Assembly (NCBI GenBank): GCA_041751095.1
Contig: JBGSYC010000128.1
Span: forward strand, 559-64,558
Length of the DNA: 64,000 bases
Reading direction: 5' to 3'
From: Flavihumibacter sp.
GTDB lineage: Bacteria > Bacteroidota > Bacteroidia > Chitinophagales > Chitinophagaceae
Of this stretch, positions 1-8,695 are shown piece after piece; position 1 is the stretch's first letter; every line of letters starts with the position of its first letter. Both the position numbers and the translations under genes were made by a program. The notes beneath the pieces are model-generated. The model saw only the letters and a list, made by a program, of their open reading frames with translations. It was not told where the DNA came from and did no database searches.

Positions 1-212
1 GATTTAAATATTCCCCTTCAATCTCTGACGTCTTTAGTGCCTCCTCGCTCATACTTTCGACAATCAGTTCGGCCTTATCTCGTTCCGCTATATGTGCAAG
101 TGTACCCATTAAATAACCTGACTCACGGAGAAATCTTGCTTCCAGTTCAACCCAAAACGCTTTGGTCAAATTCAAATATCGGCCAATTCGGCTTCTGCCA
201 GTTCCAGGTCAT
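1..212 (-). pseudogene. Fic-family protein, DUF4172-type N-terminus; partial (runs off the window) and apparently frameshifted
   Basis: Minus-strand ATG at 212 gives MTWNWQKPNWPIFEFDQSVLG*. One frame over the sequence continues as ...ELEARFLRESGYLMGTLAHIAERDKAELIVESMSEEALKTSEIEGEYLN to position 1. The WNWQ..WP.F and SEEALKTSEIEGEYLN strings are typical of Fic N-terminal domains. The frame breaks near 147-160. Confidence 0.5.
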
Positions 213-445
213 GAGCTATAAATTCTTCTTTCTATAACTCAAATGTAATCATAATGTGAGTTATAAGTTTACGTTTTATTGCTCATTTTGCTTTCCCATG
301 CATAAGTAGCTATAGTTGTAAGTCAACTATGCAGGAATTTTTGCAAAATGATTTGAGGTGAGTTTGATCCGATCAGTTTCTTATGGTTAGGTGTAGGTGA
401 AGCAGCCATCGAATGTATTTGGGAAGAACGTAAAAAGAACGGCCC

Positions 446-661
446 TCACTTCCATGTGTCGCTACAATCATATGTAATACAAGTAAAGTTTAAGTGTTCT
501 TTTTTTCGATTTTCATGCAAGCCTTCAACATGATATTGCATCAATTCCTGCTGCTGTTTCACCGAGAGCTTAGATGGTCGTAAGGAACAGGACGGCCGGT
601 GAAGTTGATCAGTAAGTTCCTTCGCATACTGGCGATTTATTAGATTTGCGCACTCGAACAA
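446..661 (-). CDS. Hypothetical 71-aa ORF (TTG start); possibly a gene fragment
   Basis: ORF track only. I recognise no motif, and the start codon is non-ATG. Confidence 0.2.
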   Translation of the reverse strand: MFECANLINRQYAKELTDQLHRPSCSLRPSKLSVKQQQELMQYHVEGLHENRKKEHLNFTCITYDCSDTWK

Positions 662-725
662 ATATGCTCAGGACGAAAAACGTCTCGTATATTTGAGATG
701 TTCAACTCACTATTCATTTACTTAC

Positions 726-1646
726 ATGAAGTACCTATTTACCCTTTTCATCATTTTAGCATTTAAACAATTGACTACTGCACAGCAAACCATCCTGCTT
801 TACCCGGCGGGCGAGGTACCGAATTACAAAAACGGCGGAGAAAAAGAAAAAAAAGAAACAACTGATATACTGCGTATCTCGCAGGTGCAAAATCCGGATA
901 TCACGGTATACCTGCCGGCAAAGCGAAACGCTACGGGTCAGGCTGTTGTAATTTGTCCCGGTGGTGGCTACTCCATTCTGGCTTACGATTGGGAAGGTAC
1001 AGAAGTGGCAAAATTGCTTAACTCAAAGGGGATTGCAGCGTTTGTATTAAAATATCGCTTACCCGATCCCAAAAGCAACGTAGTTCTACACCTTTCGCCT
1101 TTGCTCGATGCTAAGAGAGCTTTGCGAATAGTTCGTGCAAATGCGGCTAAATGGAACATACAAAAAGATCGCATTGGTATCATGGGTTTTTCTGCAGGCG
1201 GCCATCTTGCTTCCACATTGCTTACGCAATTTGATGAAGGCGATAAAGCTTCGAGAGATTCGATAGAACAACAAAGCTCCCGGCCTGACTTTGGGGTATT
1301 GGTTTATCCTGTTATTTCTATGACCAAGCCTATTATGCATAGCGGATCACGTAACCGTTTGATTGGCTCAAATCCGGATGCTGAACTTGCCTTGAAATAT
1401 TCAGGCGAACTCCAGGTAAAAAAAGAAACACCTCCTACTTTTTTAGTGCATGCTCTGGATGATAATGGAGTACCGATGGAGAATAGCCTGCTTTTCTTCC
1501 AGGCAATGAAAGATAAAGGGGTGTCTGGCGAACTGCATGTTTATCCTCGTGGCGGTCATGGTTTTGGATTAGCGACTGGTCAGGGCTCTTTGGAAAACTG
1601 GACTTCATTATGCGTTGATTGGATCAGAGGTCTGAGTAAGAAGTAA
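726..1646 (+). CDS. Secreted alpha/beta-hydrolase (esterase/lipase fold-3, carbohydrate-esterase-like)
   Basis: Signal-peptide-like start MKYLFTLFIILAF at ATG 726 (the track start at 693 is TTG). Oxyanion motif CPGGGY, nucleophile elbow GFSAGGH, C-terminal GGHGF. Confidence 0.85.
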   Translation: MKYLFTLFIILAFKQLTTAQQTILLYPAGEVPNYKNGGEKEKKETTDILRISQVQNPDITVYLPAKRNATGQAVVICPGGGYSILAYDWEGTEVAKLLNSKGIAAFVLKYRLPDPKSNVVLHLSPLLDAKRALRIVRANAAKWNIQKDRIGIMGFSAGGHLASTLLTQFDEGDKASRDSIEQQSSRPDFGVLVYPVISMTKPIMHSGSRNRLIGSNPDAELALKYSGELQVKKETPPTFLVHALDDNGVPMENSLLFFQAMKDKGVSGELHVYPRGGHGFGLATGQGSLENWTSLCVDWIRGLSKK

Positions 1647-1837
1647 GATTGAAAGATTAATATTTATTGATGGTTACAAGCAAATGTAATTTATACATGT
1701 ACAGCCTGAGGAATTAATTCTTTTCTTTCTAAACAAAATTCTCCCTTTGTAACGGTTACCATCCTGTAGAATGCACGCGACCACGCCAACGCGTTAGGAC
1801 GTGTTATGACATTCCTGGAGATGTTGAATTAACTTGT

Positions 1838-1957
1838 TTATCCCGCCAATCTCCAGGCATCTTTAAAAAAATATAACAATTTCAGAAGATTTGTTTTACC
1901 TGTCCCGCTTTGACCAATAATGCAAACTTCTTCCAGCGGCAGACCTTCTTTAATATT
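1838..1957 (-). pseudogene. Remnant of a P-loop NTPase (Walker A only)
   Basis: Minus-strand reading gives NIKEGLPLEEVCIIGQSGTGKTNLLKLLYFFKDAWRLAG*. Walker A GxxGxGKT is present. There is no start codon and stops lie on both sides. Confidence 0.4.
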
Positions 1958-2245
1958 TTAATATGCCGTTTAGGATAAGTTAAATCTTAGGTGAGATTTT
2001 TAAACTGCCTGAAGTTCTTAATATAGATTTCTTTTACTTTCATCTCTCAAATTGATTCTATACATAGATCTGATAATCAATTGTACATTTCTGAATAACT
2101 AAATACACGGACAAAATCATACTATAAATCGATCATCAATATTTTTGATTTCATGTATATGGGCTTTTTCATTAAGCCAATCAATTCTTATCAAATTTCT
2201 ACAAAATAACAGACGACAAATTCTGGTACAGTATTATACATGCTG

Positions 2246-3181
2246 CTAATTTTTGGGCCCCGGCTTAAACAATGTTTGCGAAAGCTCCTTAACTCCGTCA
2301 GCATAAGACGTCGGTTTCACGTTGAAGTAATCTTCAAACTTTCTTGAATCAAATATATAATCGTATTGATACTGGTAGTACAGTTCCGTTGTTTCAGCAA
2401 CGATTTTATTAAAAAGTCCAAAGGTGGTTAGCATCAACTTATTTAGCGCCGTATAAGCAGGACGCGTATTGAAAATTCCTGCAGCCAGTTCAATAAACGC
2501 TTTTCCTGTAAGAGCAGGTGCTGTAGGCAAATGCCAGGTTTGGTTATCACTCTCAGGGTGAGTGCCTAACAATGCAACGGCCTTTCCGGCATCAGGCACA
2601 TAGGTAAAAGAATGTTTACTGGAAGCATTGCCAAGCCACATTGCTTTCGACTTTTTAGCAAACCTGGCAAGCACCATAGAATCGTAAAAGCTGTTAAGAC
2701 TTTCAGCACCATAAAAGTCTGCAGCCCGCGCAATAGAAGCACTTATATTGCCGGCCTTCACTTCACTCATTAATTGTTCTGCAACCTGTGCTCTTATTGC
2801 TCCTTTAATACTTGATGGATGGTAAGGTGTGTCTTCTTTCATAGCTCCTTCCACCCGACCATACATATACACGTTATCAAAAAAAATCAGCCGTGCATTG
2901 CCTGCCTTTGCCGCATCAATAAGGTTTTGCATGATTAAGGGCCATTCAACCTGCCAGATTTTTTTATTGTACTGCAGTCCGGCACACATATAGATAACGG
3001 ATGAACCTTTTGTTGCATCAAGCACCTGTTGTTTATCTTTCAAGTCGGCACCCACCCACCATGCGTTAACGGGAGGATCTATCTTTCTCCGGCTTACAAG
3101 CCGTACTGAATAACCTTGTTGTAATAGCTCTTTCATTACAACATTACTTACCGGTCCGCCGGCGCCTAAAATAGTATGCAT
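2246..3181 (-). CDS. NAD(P)-dependent epimerase/dehydratase family (atypical SDR) protein
   Basis: N-terminal Rossmann motif MHTILGAGGPVS; 311 aa, a length typical of SDR-a5 NmrA/epimerase-like proteins. Confidence 0.75.
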   Translation of the reverse strand: MHTILGAGGPVSNVVMKELLQQGYSVRLVSRRKIDPPVNAWWVGADLKDKQQVLDATKGSSVIYMCAGLQYNKKIWQVEWPLIMQNLIDAAKAGNARLIFFDNVYMYGRVEGAMKEDTPYHPSSIKGAIRAQVAEQLMSEVKAGNISASIARAADFYGAESLNSFYDSMVLARFAKKSKAMWLGNASSKHSFTYVPDAGKAVALLGTHPESDNQTWHLPTAPALTGKAFIELAAGIFNTRPAYTALNKLMLTTFGLFNKIVAETTELYYQYQYDYIFDSRKFEDYFNVKPTSYADGVKELSQTLFKPGPKN

Positions 3182-3246
3182 GTACTTTGTTTTTGTATGT
3201 GCAAGCTACAACGCACTACGAGGCAAACCGGTTAACATAAGATAAG

Positions 3247-3271
3247 AAAGAAACGCAGTTGGCGTTTCTTT
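3247..3271. terminator. Perfect 10-bp hairpin (AAAGAAACGC-agttg-GCGTTTCTTT) between the MFS operon end and the SDR gene; possible bidirectional terminator
   Basis: Read directly from the sequence. T-rich tract (attttac) on the plus side and cttatctta on the minus side. Confidence 0.4.
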
Positions 3272-3314
3272 ATTTTACGTGTATAAAGTTGATCTGAAAA
3301 AATCGTCCACTCTT
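3256..3314 (-). repeat. 59-bp non-coding copy (57/59 identical) of an internal piece of the Crp/Fnr gene at 27722-27780
   Basis: Both loci read cagttggcgtttctttattttacgtgtataaagNNgatctgaaaaaatcgtccactctt. The flanks are unrelated. Confidence 0.85.
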
Positions 3315-3541
3315 GTTTGACTTTGTGAGCATCGTGTGAGTATTTAGTCAAGCTACCTTATCTATATCCATACAAAGGAATCTTTGTTACAAGGTTTAGA
3401 ACCATCAAGAGATCAGTCTTGCCAGGCAAGAACCTCTTCAAATTACTTTTAAAAGTATTTCATTTCTTTTGACATCCGTTGGTAGAACTTTTTCAGGTAC
3501 CTTCAAAAATTGTCAAAATTTATATTGGCTGATGTTTGATA

Positions 3542-4921
3542 CTAGTGCCCGGCAACAAAAATGCCGTCTATTTCTTCCAAAGTTTTCCCTTTGGTTTCCA
3601 CTAAAACCTTTAAGATAATTAATAAATTCAGCGCGCTGAAACCTGCAAATATCCAGAATACGCCCGCGGCTCCGACATTTTCGAGCAGCCAGGGGAAAAA
3701 TTGCCCAACTAACCATACCGCTATCCAGACAAATAAAGTACAAATGGTAACTGATTTCACTCTTACATCTGCAGGAAAGATTTCATTAATCAGAATCCAG
3801 GTGATCGGGCCCAGGGAAAGCGCAAAACAAGCGATAAATAAAAGCAGCATAACCAATAACAAAGGGCCAGTCGTGTAATTGAAGTAAAAACAGGTGCCTA
3901 CTACCATCAGGGAGCTGATAATACCTGAAAGGCCTGTAATCAATAACGGCTTACGCCCCCATCTGTCTGAAAGGAATATGGCAACTACGGTAAAAATAAC
4001 ATTAACAGCACCGATGATCACCTGGGCAAATAAAGCATCCGAGCTGTCCAGGCCGGCGGCAGCAAATATTTTGGGCCCATAATAAATAATAGCGTTGATG
4101 CCACTGAATTGCTGGAACACCGCCAGTAATATCCCGATAAGCAGTAAAGGGCGGATTGCCTTACTTAAAACTGTACGTGATGAATGAAGGTTTTTCGCGA
4201 GAGAAGCGCTTATAGCAGTATATTCCTTTTCGGCTTCAGATTTGCCCCTAATGCCCTTAAGGATAGCAAAGGCCCCTGCCGTCTTACCTTTTAATAACAT
4301 CCAACGCGCACTTTCAGGCACCACAAATAATACCAGCATAAACACCAGCGAAGGAATAGCCATCACAAGAAACATGCTCCGCCATATTTCATTGTGCAGC
4401 AGCCATCCCTGAAGAAAACTGTTATTATAGCTCTTAGCAGCAAGGCTCAGTAAAAAGGCGTTTGAAAAATACGCCGATAAAATTCCGATAGTAATAGCCA
4501 GTTGATAGAGGGAAATCATTTTACCTCTGGAATGCGCAGGCGCAAATTCTGCAATATACAGGGGCGAGATGACAGAGGCTACGCCCACTCCTATTCCACC
4601 CACTAACCTGTACCACACCAGCATATTGGCGGAACCTGACCAGGCACAGCCTAAGGCGGATGTCAGGAAAAGTACAGCCGAAACTATTAAGACCTTTTTC
4701 CGGCCGATGGTATCGCTTAGAAAACCGGCTGTTATGACGCCGATAATACTGCCTAGTAGACCGCTGCTGACAAACCAGCCTTCCATCGCTATGCTCATGT
4801 TGAACTGTTTGTTGACCAGTTCGATGGTACCGGATATAACAGCCGTATCAAAACCAAACAATAAACCGCCCAGGGACGCCGCAAAGCAAATAAAGCCGGT
4901 TGTCCGGAAAGCTATCATCAT
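3542..4921 (-). CDS. MFS sugar porter (XylE/GalP-like sugar:H+ symporter)
   Basis: GRKKVLI loop motif, PESARWM, PETKGKTLEEI; about 12 predicted TM segments; 459 aa. Confidence 0.9.
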   Translation of the reverse strand: MMIAFRTTGFICFAASLGGLLFGFDTAVISGTIELVNKQFNMSIAMEGWFVSSGLLGSIIGVITAGFLSDTIGRKKVLIVSAVLFLTSALGCAWSGSANMLVWYRLVGGIGVGVASVISPLYIAEFAPAHSRGKMISLYQLAITIGILSAYFSNAFLLSLAAKSYNNSFLQGWLLHNEIWRSMFLVMAIPSLVFMLVLFVVPESARWMLLKGKTAGAFAILKGIRGKSEAEKEYTAISASLAKNLHSSRTVLSKAIRPLLLIGILLAVFQQFSGINAIIYYGPKIFAAAGLDSSDALFAQVIIGAVNVIFTVVAIFLSDRWGRKPLLITGLSGIISSLMVVGTCFYFNYTTGPLLLVMLLLFIACFALSLGPITWILINEIFPADVRVKSVTICTLFVWIAVWLVGQFFPWLLENVGAAGVFWIFAGFSALNLLIILKVLVETKGKTLEEIDGIFVAGH

Positions 4922-4938
4922 GTGGAAGGAGATTTATA

Positions 4939-5319
4939 TTACCGTTTGTAATCATCATCGTAGCGTTCAATATCTTCCAGTTGCCAGTCGCCGAAAGCCA
5001 CTTCCAAAACCCGCACCGCTTTATCGCCGCCACAGGAGAGGCGGTGCCTTTCATTTACCGGTATCCAGATTTCTTCGCCCGCCATATACGTGCGTGTAAT
5101 GTCTCCTACCTGTATGGTAGCATGATCATCCATCACGATCCATAATTCTGCCCGGCGCGTATGCGATTGCAGGCTTAGGCGCTGCCCAGGCTTCACGGTC
5201 ATCAGGCTAACGGTGCAGGGCTCGTTGTAAGCAAATTGCTTAAAAGAGCCCCAGGGGCGCTCAACAAATGCTACCGGTGGCTTATCAGAAGGGATAACCA
5301 GGTTTTCGATTTCAGTCAT
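4939..5319 (-). CDS. Small cupin, type II phosphomannose-isomerase-like domain
   Basis: RPWGSFKQF...VKPGQRLSLQSHTRRAELWIV...IPVNERHRL matches the ManC C-terminal PMI cupin pattern. Confidence 0.7.
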   Translation of the reverse strand: MTEIENLVIPSDKPPVAFVERPWGSFKQFAYNEPCTVSLMTVKPGQRLSLQSHTRRAELWIVMDDHATIQVGDITRTYMAGEEIWIPVNERHRLSCGGDKAVRVLEVAFGDWQLEDIERYDDDYKR

Positions 5320-5336
5320 AAAAATATATTTTATAA

Positions 5337-7115
5337 TCAGGATTTAGTGCGCACGTAGGCTTTCAGTGTTCCGCATTGCTTATCCTTACTCTCACCACAG
5401 GGGCTGATAAGGTAAGCACCTACCTGCGCAGGCACAATAAATGTTTCCGCATAATGCACGACAAAAGGCATAAACAACCCGTCCGGGCTTTCTACCTGTA
5501 CTTCACGCCCTTCTACCAGGTTAAGTACATTCACTACTCCTCCGGTGTGATGCAAAACCGGTTTTGTAAACCAGTGGCGGCGTGTTTCTATAAAATCGTC
5601 TTCGTGTAGCCCCGTACGTTCTTCCACACAGCCGTCTGTTTCAGCTATCCGCTCTACGCGGTTTAACAGATTCTCTTTGGTCCAGGTGGCTGTACGGCTC
5701 CATTCAATATTTTTTTCTCCGTGATTGATATTGATGGGCCGGGGCCGACCATCCATGCCCATCCGCCCCCAGTCCCATAATTTAAACGTGAAAATATAAG
5801 GAGTGGCGCTCACTTCCAGCACCATGCCATTGATACCGGAACAATGTACAGTACCCGCCGGTATCAGAATATGGTCATGCTTTTTAACCGGCCATTTCTC
5901 TACGTACGCATCTGCATTGAACCGGCCGGTAATTTCTGATTGCCGCAAATCATCCATCATTTGAGACGGTTGAATATCTTCCTTCAGGCCCAGGTATACG
6001 CATGCATCTTCAGCGGCATCGAGCATATAATAACTTTCGGCCTGGGTATAGGGTAATCCAAAATGTTCCCTGATATATTCAGTTAAGGGATGCACCTGCA
6101 AGCTGAGGTTGCCTCCTCCCATTGTGTCCAGAAAGTCGAAGCGGATCGGGAACTCATCACCAAAGCGGGCGTACACAGGGCCACCTAATAATTCCCTGGG
6201 CTGGTAAAACACCAGGTTAATAGCCGGTATCTCGAAACGCAGGTTGCCAAAGCCAAGCATTAAGCTGTTCTCTTCCGGCACACAATCAAAGCCCCAGGCG
6301 TAGTTAATGGCGGACCGGTCAAGGTCGCAGACCTCTTTCAACCATTGCCCTCCCCATGGGCCGGGGTCAAAAAAAGGCACCACCCGGAAAGGTTGTGTCA
6401 CAGCCTGGCGCAGTCCCGACCGCAGGGCTTCGCCACTTACCATAGCGGGTTGTTGAGGGATTGCCGTATCTAACACATAATCCCATTTGCTGATCAGCGT
6501 CTTCTTTAACCGGTCGGCTACCCGCCAGTCTACAAAGTAGGCCCGTTTGTACTGAAGGGCCGCTTCAGTATTTTTATTCTCTATGCCAAGGTTACTTGCT
6601 TCGTCGCGGCGGAAACGCAACTGCCCCTCCCAGCGCGGCATATCGGCATATATCAGTAAATCGGCCTTTGCCAGCAAGGAAGCACCCGTACCATAAATCA
6701 ATACAATCCCTTCTGTGATAGCCTGAATTTTGTCCCGGGTAAGCGCCAGGCTGCTTCTGTCAAAAAAATCGTCAACGTCGAGGCGGGTTAGGTAACCAAA
6801 TATACGGTCGTCGGTTACATCCCGATAAACCATCTGATCAATCTCTGCAGTTGATTTATAAGCATCTGCAGCCAGGTAAATGTGTGCGGGTTGCAGGGCC
6901 TGAGTAAAAGCCCGTACAACTTCTTCCTGGTGCACGCCAATGTAAGATTCTACGGTTATAATTATTTTCCTGAGAGCGAACCGGTACACCTCCTTTTTTA
7001 ATTTAGCTCCGATTGATTGCCAACCCTGCCAATACTCATCATAGCCTGACACCGTGATAAATGGATGCTTATTATAATTTGATGATATTTTATGGCTCAT
7101 GATCTTATGCTTCAA
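5337..7115 (-). CDS. Long class I mannose-6-phosphate-isomerase-like protein with an N-terminal extension of about 240 aa
   Basis: PWGGQW, FPIRFDFLD, LSLQVHP, AESYYM and IPAGTVHC match the type I PMI zinc-site motifs. An alternative start (MSHK) lies at 7100. Confidence 0.75.
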   Translation of the reverse strand: MKHKIMSHKISSNYNKHPFITVSGYDEYWQGWQSIGAKLKKEVYRFALRKIIITVESYIGVHQEEVVRAFTQALQPAHIYLAADAYKSTAEIDQMVYRDVTDDRIFGYLTRLDVDDFFDRSSLALTRDKIQAITEGIVLIYGTGASLLAKADLLIYADMPRWEGQLRFRRDEASNLGIENKNTEAALQYKRAYFVDWRVADRLKKTLISKWDYVLDTAIPQQPAMVSGEALRSGLRQAVTQPFRVVPFFDPGPWGGQWLKEVCDLDRSAINYAWGFDCVPEENSLMLGFGNLRFEIPAINLVFYQPRELLGGPVYARFGDEFPIRFDFLDTMGGGNLSLQVHPLTEYIREHFGLPYTQAESYYMLDAAEDACVYLGLKEDIQPSQMMDDLRQSEITGRFNADAYVEKWPVKKHDHILIPAGTVHCSGINGMVLEVSATPYIFTFKLWDWGRMGMDGRPRPININHGEKNIEWSRTATWTKENLLNRVERIAETDGCVEERTGLHEDDFIETRRHWFTKPVLHHTGGVVNVLNLVEGREVQVESPDGLFMPFVVHYAETFIVPAQVGAYLISPCGESKDKQCGTLKAYVRTKS

Positions 7116-8037
7116 ACAGTAAAGCGGCTCCCAGGAGTGCTGCAGTATCGGGAAATTTTGCCGGCCGTATATCAGGCTTTCCCCAGGGGCACCAGGCTCT
7201 TTTTGCGACCAATTGATTAAAGTATGGTATAAGTGTTTTGCTTGCTTTAGAGATACCGCCTCCTAGTACAATAACTTCAGGGTCATAGGCATGGATCAGA
7301 TTCACCAGGCCAATCCCCCACGCTTCCAGGCAACGGTTTTGAAGAAGAAGGGCTAATTCGTCGCCTTGCTCAGACAAGTTAAAAATGGTTTCGAGGTCTA
7401 TTACAGTAGCATTATTCAACCGGCTGTTATTAAACAAAGGATTTTGAAAGGCTGCTTCCTTAATCATCCAGGTAGAAGCCACCGCTTCTACACAGCCATA
7501 ATTACCACAAGTGCATATGCTGTTTGTATTCTGGAAGTCAATTACAAAATGCCCTCCCAGTATGCCGGCCTGAAAATGTCTGCCTCTTAATATTTTCCCG
7601 TTTATGATGGCTGCGCTTCCGTAGCCGGTACCCAGCGTTATCATCACCATATCGGAATTTTCCTGGCCGGCACCGTATTTCCATTCTCCCAGGCAGGCGA
7701 GACGGGCGTCATTTTCTATTTTGAAGTCCATACCTAATTCCTGGCGGGCCCAATACGAAAGGTCGATACCAGGTGCATCTGCATACTTGCCGCTGGTACT
7801 TATTACTGTGTTATGATCGGTATCAACCAGCCCTGGAAAAGCCATACCCATTAAGTGAATATGATCTAATGCTGTCTGTTGCATTAAATGGGTAATATGA
7901 TATTTTAGCAAAGGTAAATGCGGCTCCAGGCCTTTTTCAGGGGCGGCTTTAACAACGGCACTTATCAGCAAATGGCCATCTGCTACAATTCCTATCTTAA
8001 TTCTGGTTCCGCCAAGGTCTACGCCAATGAAATTCAT
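7105..8037 (-). CDS. ROK-family sugar kinase
   Basis: N-terminal IGVDLGGTRIK ATP motif and ROK zinc motif CTCGNYGCVE. Its start overlaps the upstream stop as ATGA (8034-8037). Confidence 0.85.
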   Translation of the reverse strand: MNFIGVDLGGTRIKIGIVADGHLLISAVVKAAPEKGLEPHLPLLKYHITHLMQQTALDHIHLMGMAFPGLVDTDHNTVISTSGKYADAPGIDLSYWARQELGMDFKIENDARLACLGEWKYGAGQENSDMVMITLGTGYGSAAIINGKILRGRHFQAGILGGHFVIDFQNTNSICTCGNYGCVEAVASTWMIKEAAFQNPLFNNSRLNNATVIDLETIFNLSEQGDELALLLQNRCLEAWGIGLVNLIHAYDPEVIVLGGGISKASKTLIPYFNQLVAKRAWCPWGKPDIRPAKFPDTAALLGAALLFEA

Positions 8038-8600
8038 GGTAAATCGGTTACGATTTGTGGCTTCCCGTTTACATTCATTATTCTCGCAGCAAAACCATTT
8101 TTGGCAATCTCTTCATAATTGTGGCCCGCATCTGATGGCCAGCAGGCGCCGAATGAAAGCAATTCTGCGCCTGTATTTATTACACGGTGGGCCGTATGCC
8201 CCGGTATATAATGTAAACTGCCGGGACGCATTTTTTCAGTGGATGTTTTACGGTCGCGACTCATAAACAGCACGTAACCTTCTCCCTGAATACACCAGTA
8301 AAATTCTCCTCTGTCAGACATCGCATGATAATGCCCCCGGGTCATAAAATATTCTTCTCCTACCTGTCCGGGCTGAAGCTTTGTTACCCCGAAGAACAAA
8401 CCGCCTGTTGTACCTTCTGATACAGGCATATACGCTTCCACCTGGTAAACCGTTTGATTTTCCGGCATTTGTTCCCTGGCTGATTCATCGGCGAAGATAC
8501 CTTCAAGGTCTTTGACCGTGGTCGTTTTTTCAGCAACAGATGAGCCCTGTAATGAGTCCTTCAAAAAAAATACAGGAGGCGGTACTTGTAATATATCCAT
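8034..8600 (-). CDS. Cupin-type glucose-6-phosphate isomerase family protein (archaeal cPGI-like)
   Basis: TRGHYHAMSDRGEFY fits the cPGI signature TxGHxHx6ExY; 188 aa cupin. Confidence 0.7.
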   Translation of the reverse strand: MDILQVPPPVFFLKDSLQGSSVAEKTTTVKDLEGIFADESAREQMPENQTVYQVEAYMPVSEGTTGGLFFGVTKLQPGQVGEEYFMTRGHYHAMSDRGEFYWCIQGEGYVLFMSRDRKTSTEKMRPGSLHYIPGHTAHRVINTGAELLSFGACWPSDAGHNYEEIAKNGFAARIMNVNGKPQIVTDLP

Positions 8601-8695
8601 AATAATATAATTAATCGTTAAGATGCTGAATACTTCATAATCACACTTCCCTTTTTTTATACCACCCGACGTTTAAATAAATATTTTAGATACAT

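Noticed and set aside
37-237. 66-aa plus-strand ORF at the window start.
   Set aside because: It is antisense to the Fic-family reading frames, which carry clear motifs.
903-912. GGTATACC palindrome inside the esterase CDS.
   Set aside because: It is only 8 bp, lacks the central TA and flanks of the box, and lies within coding sequence.
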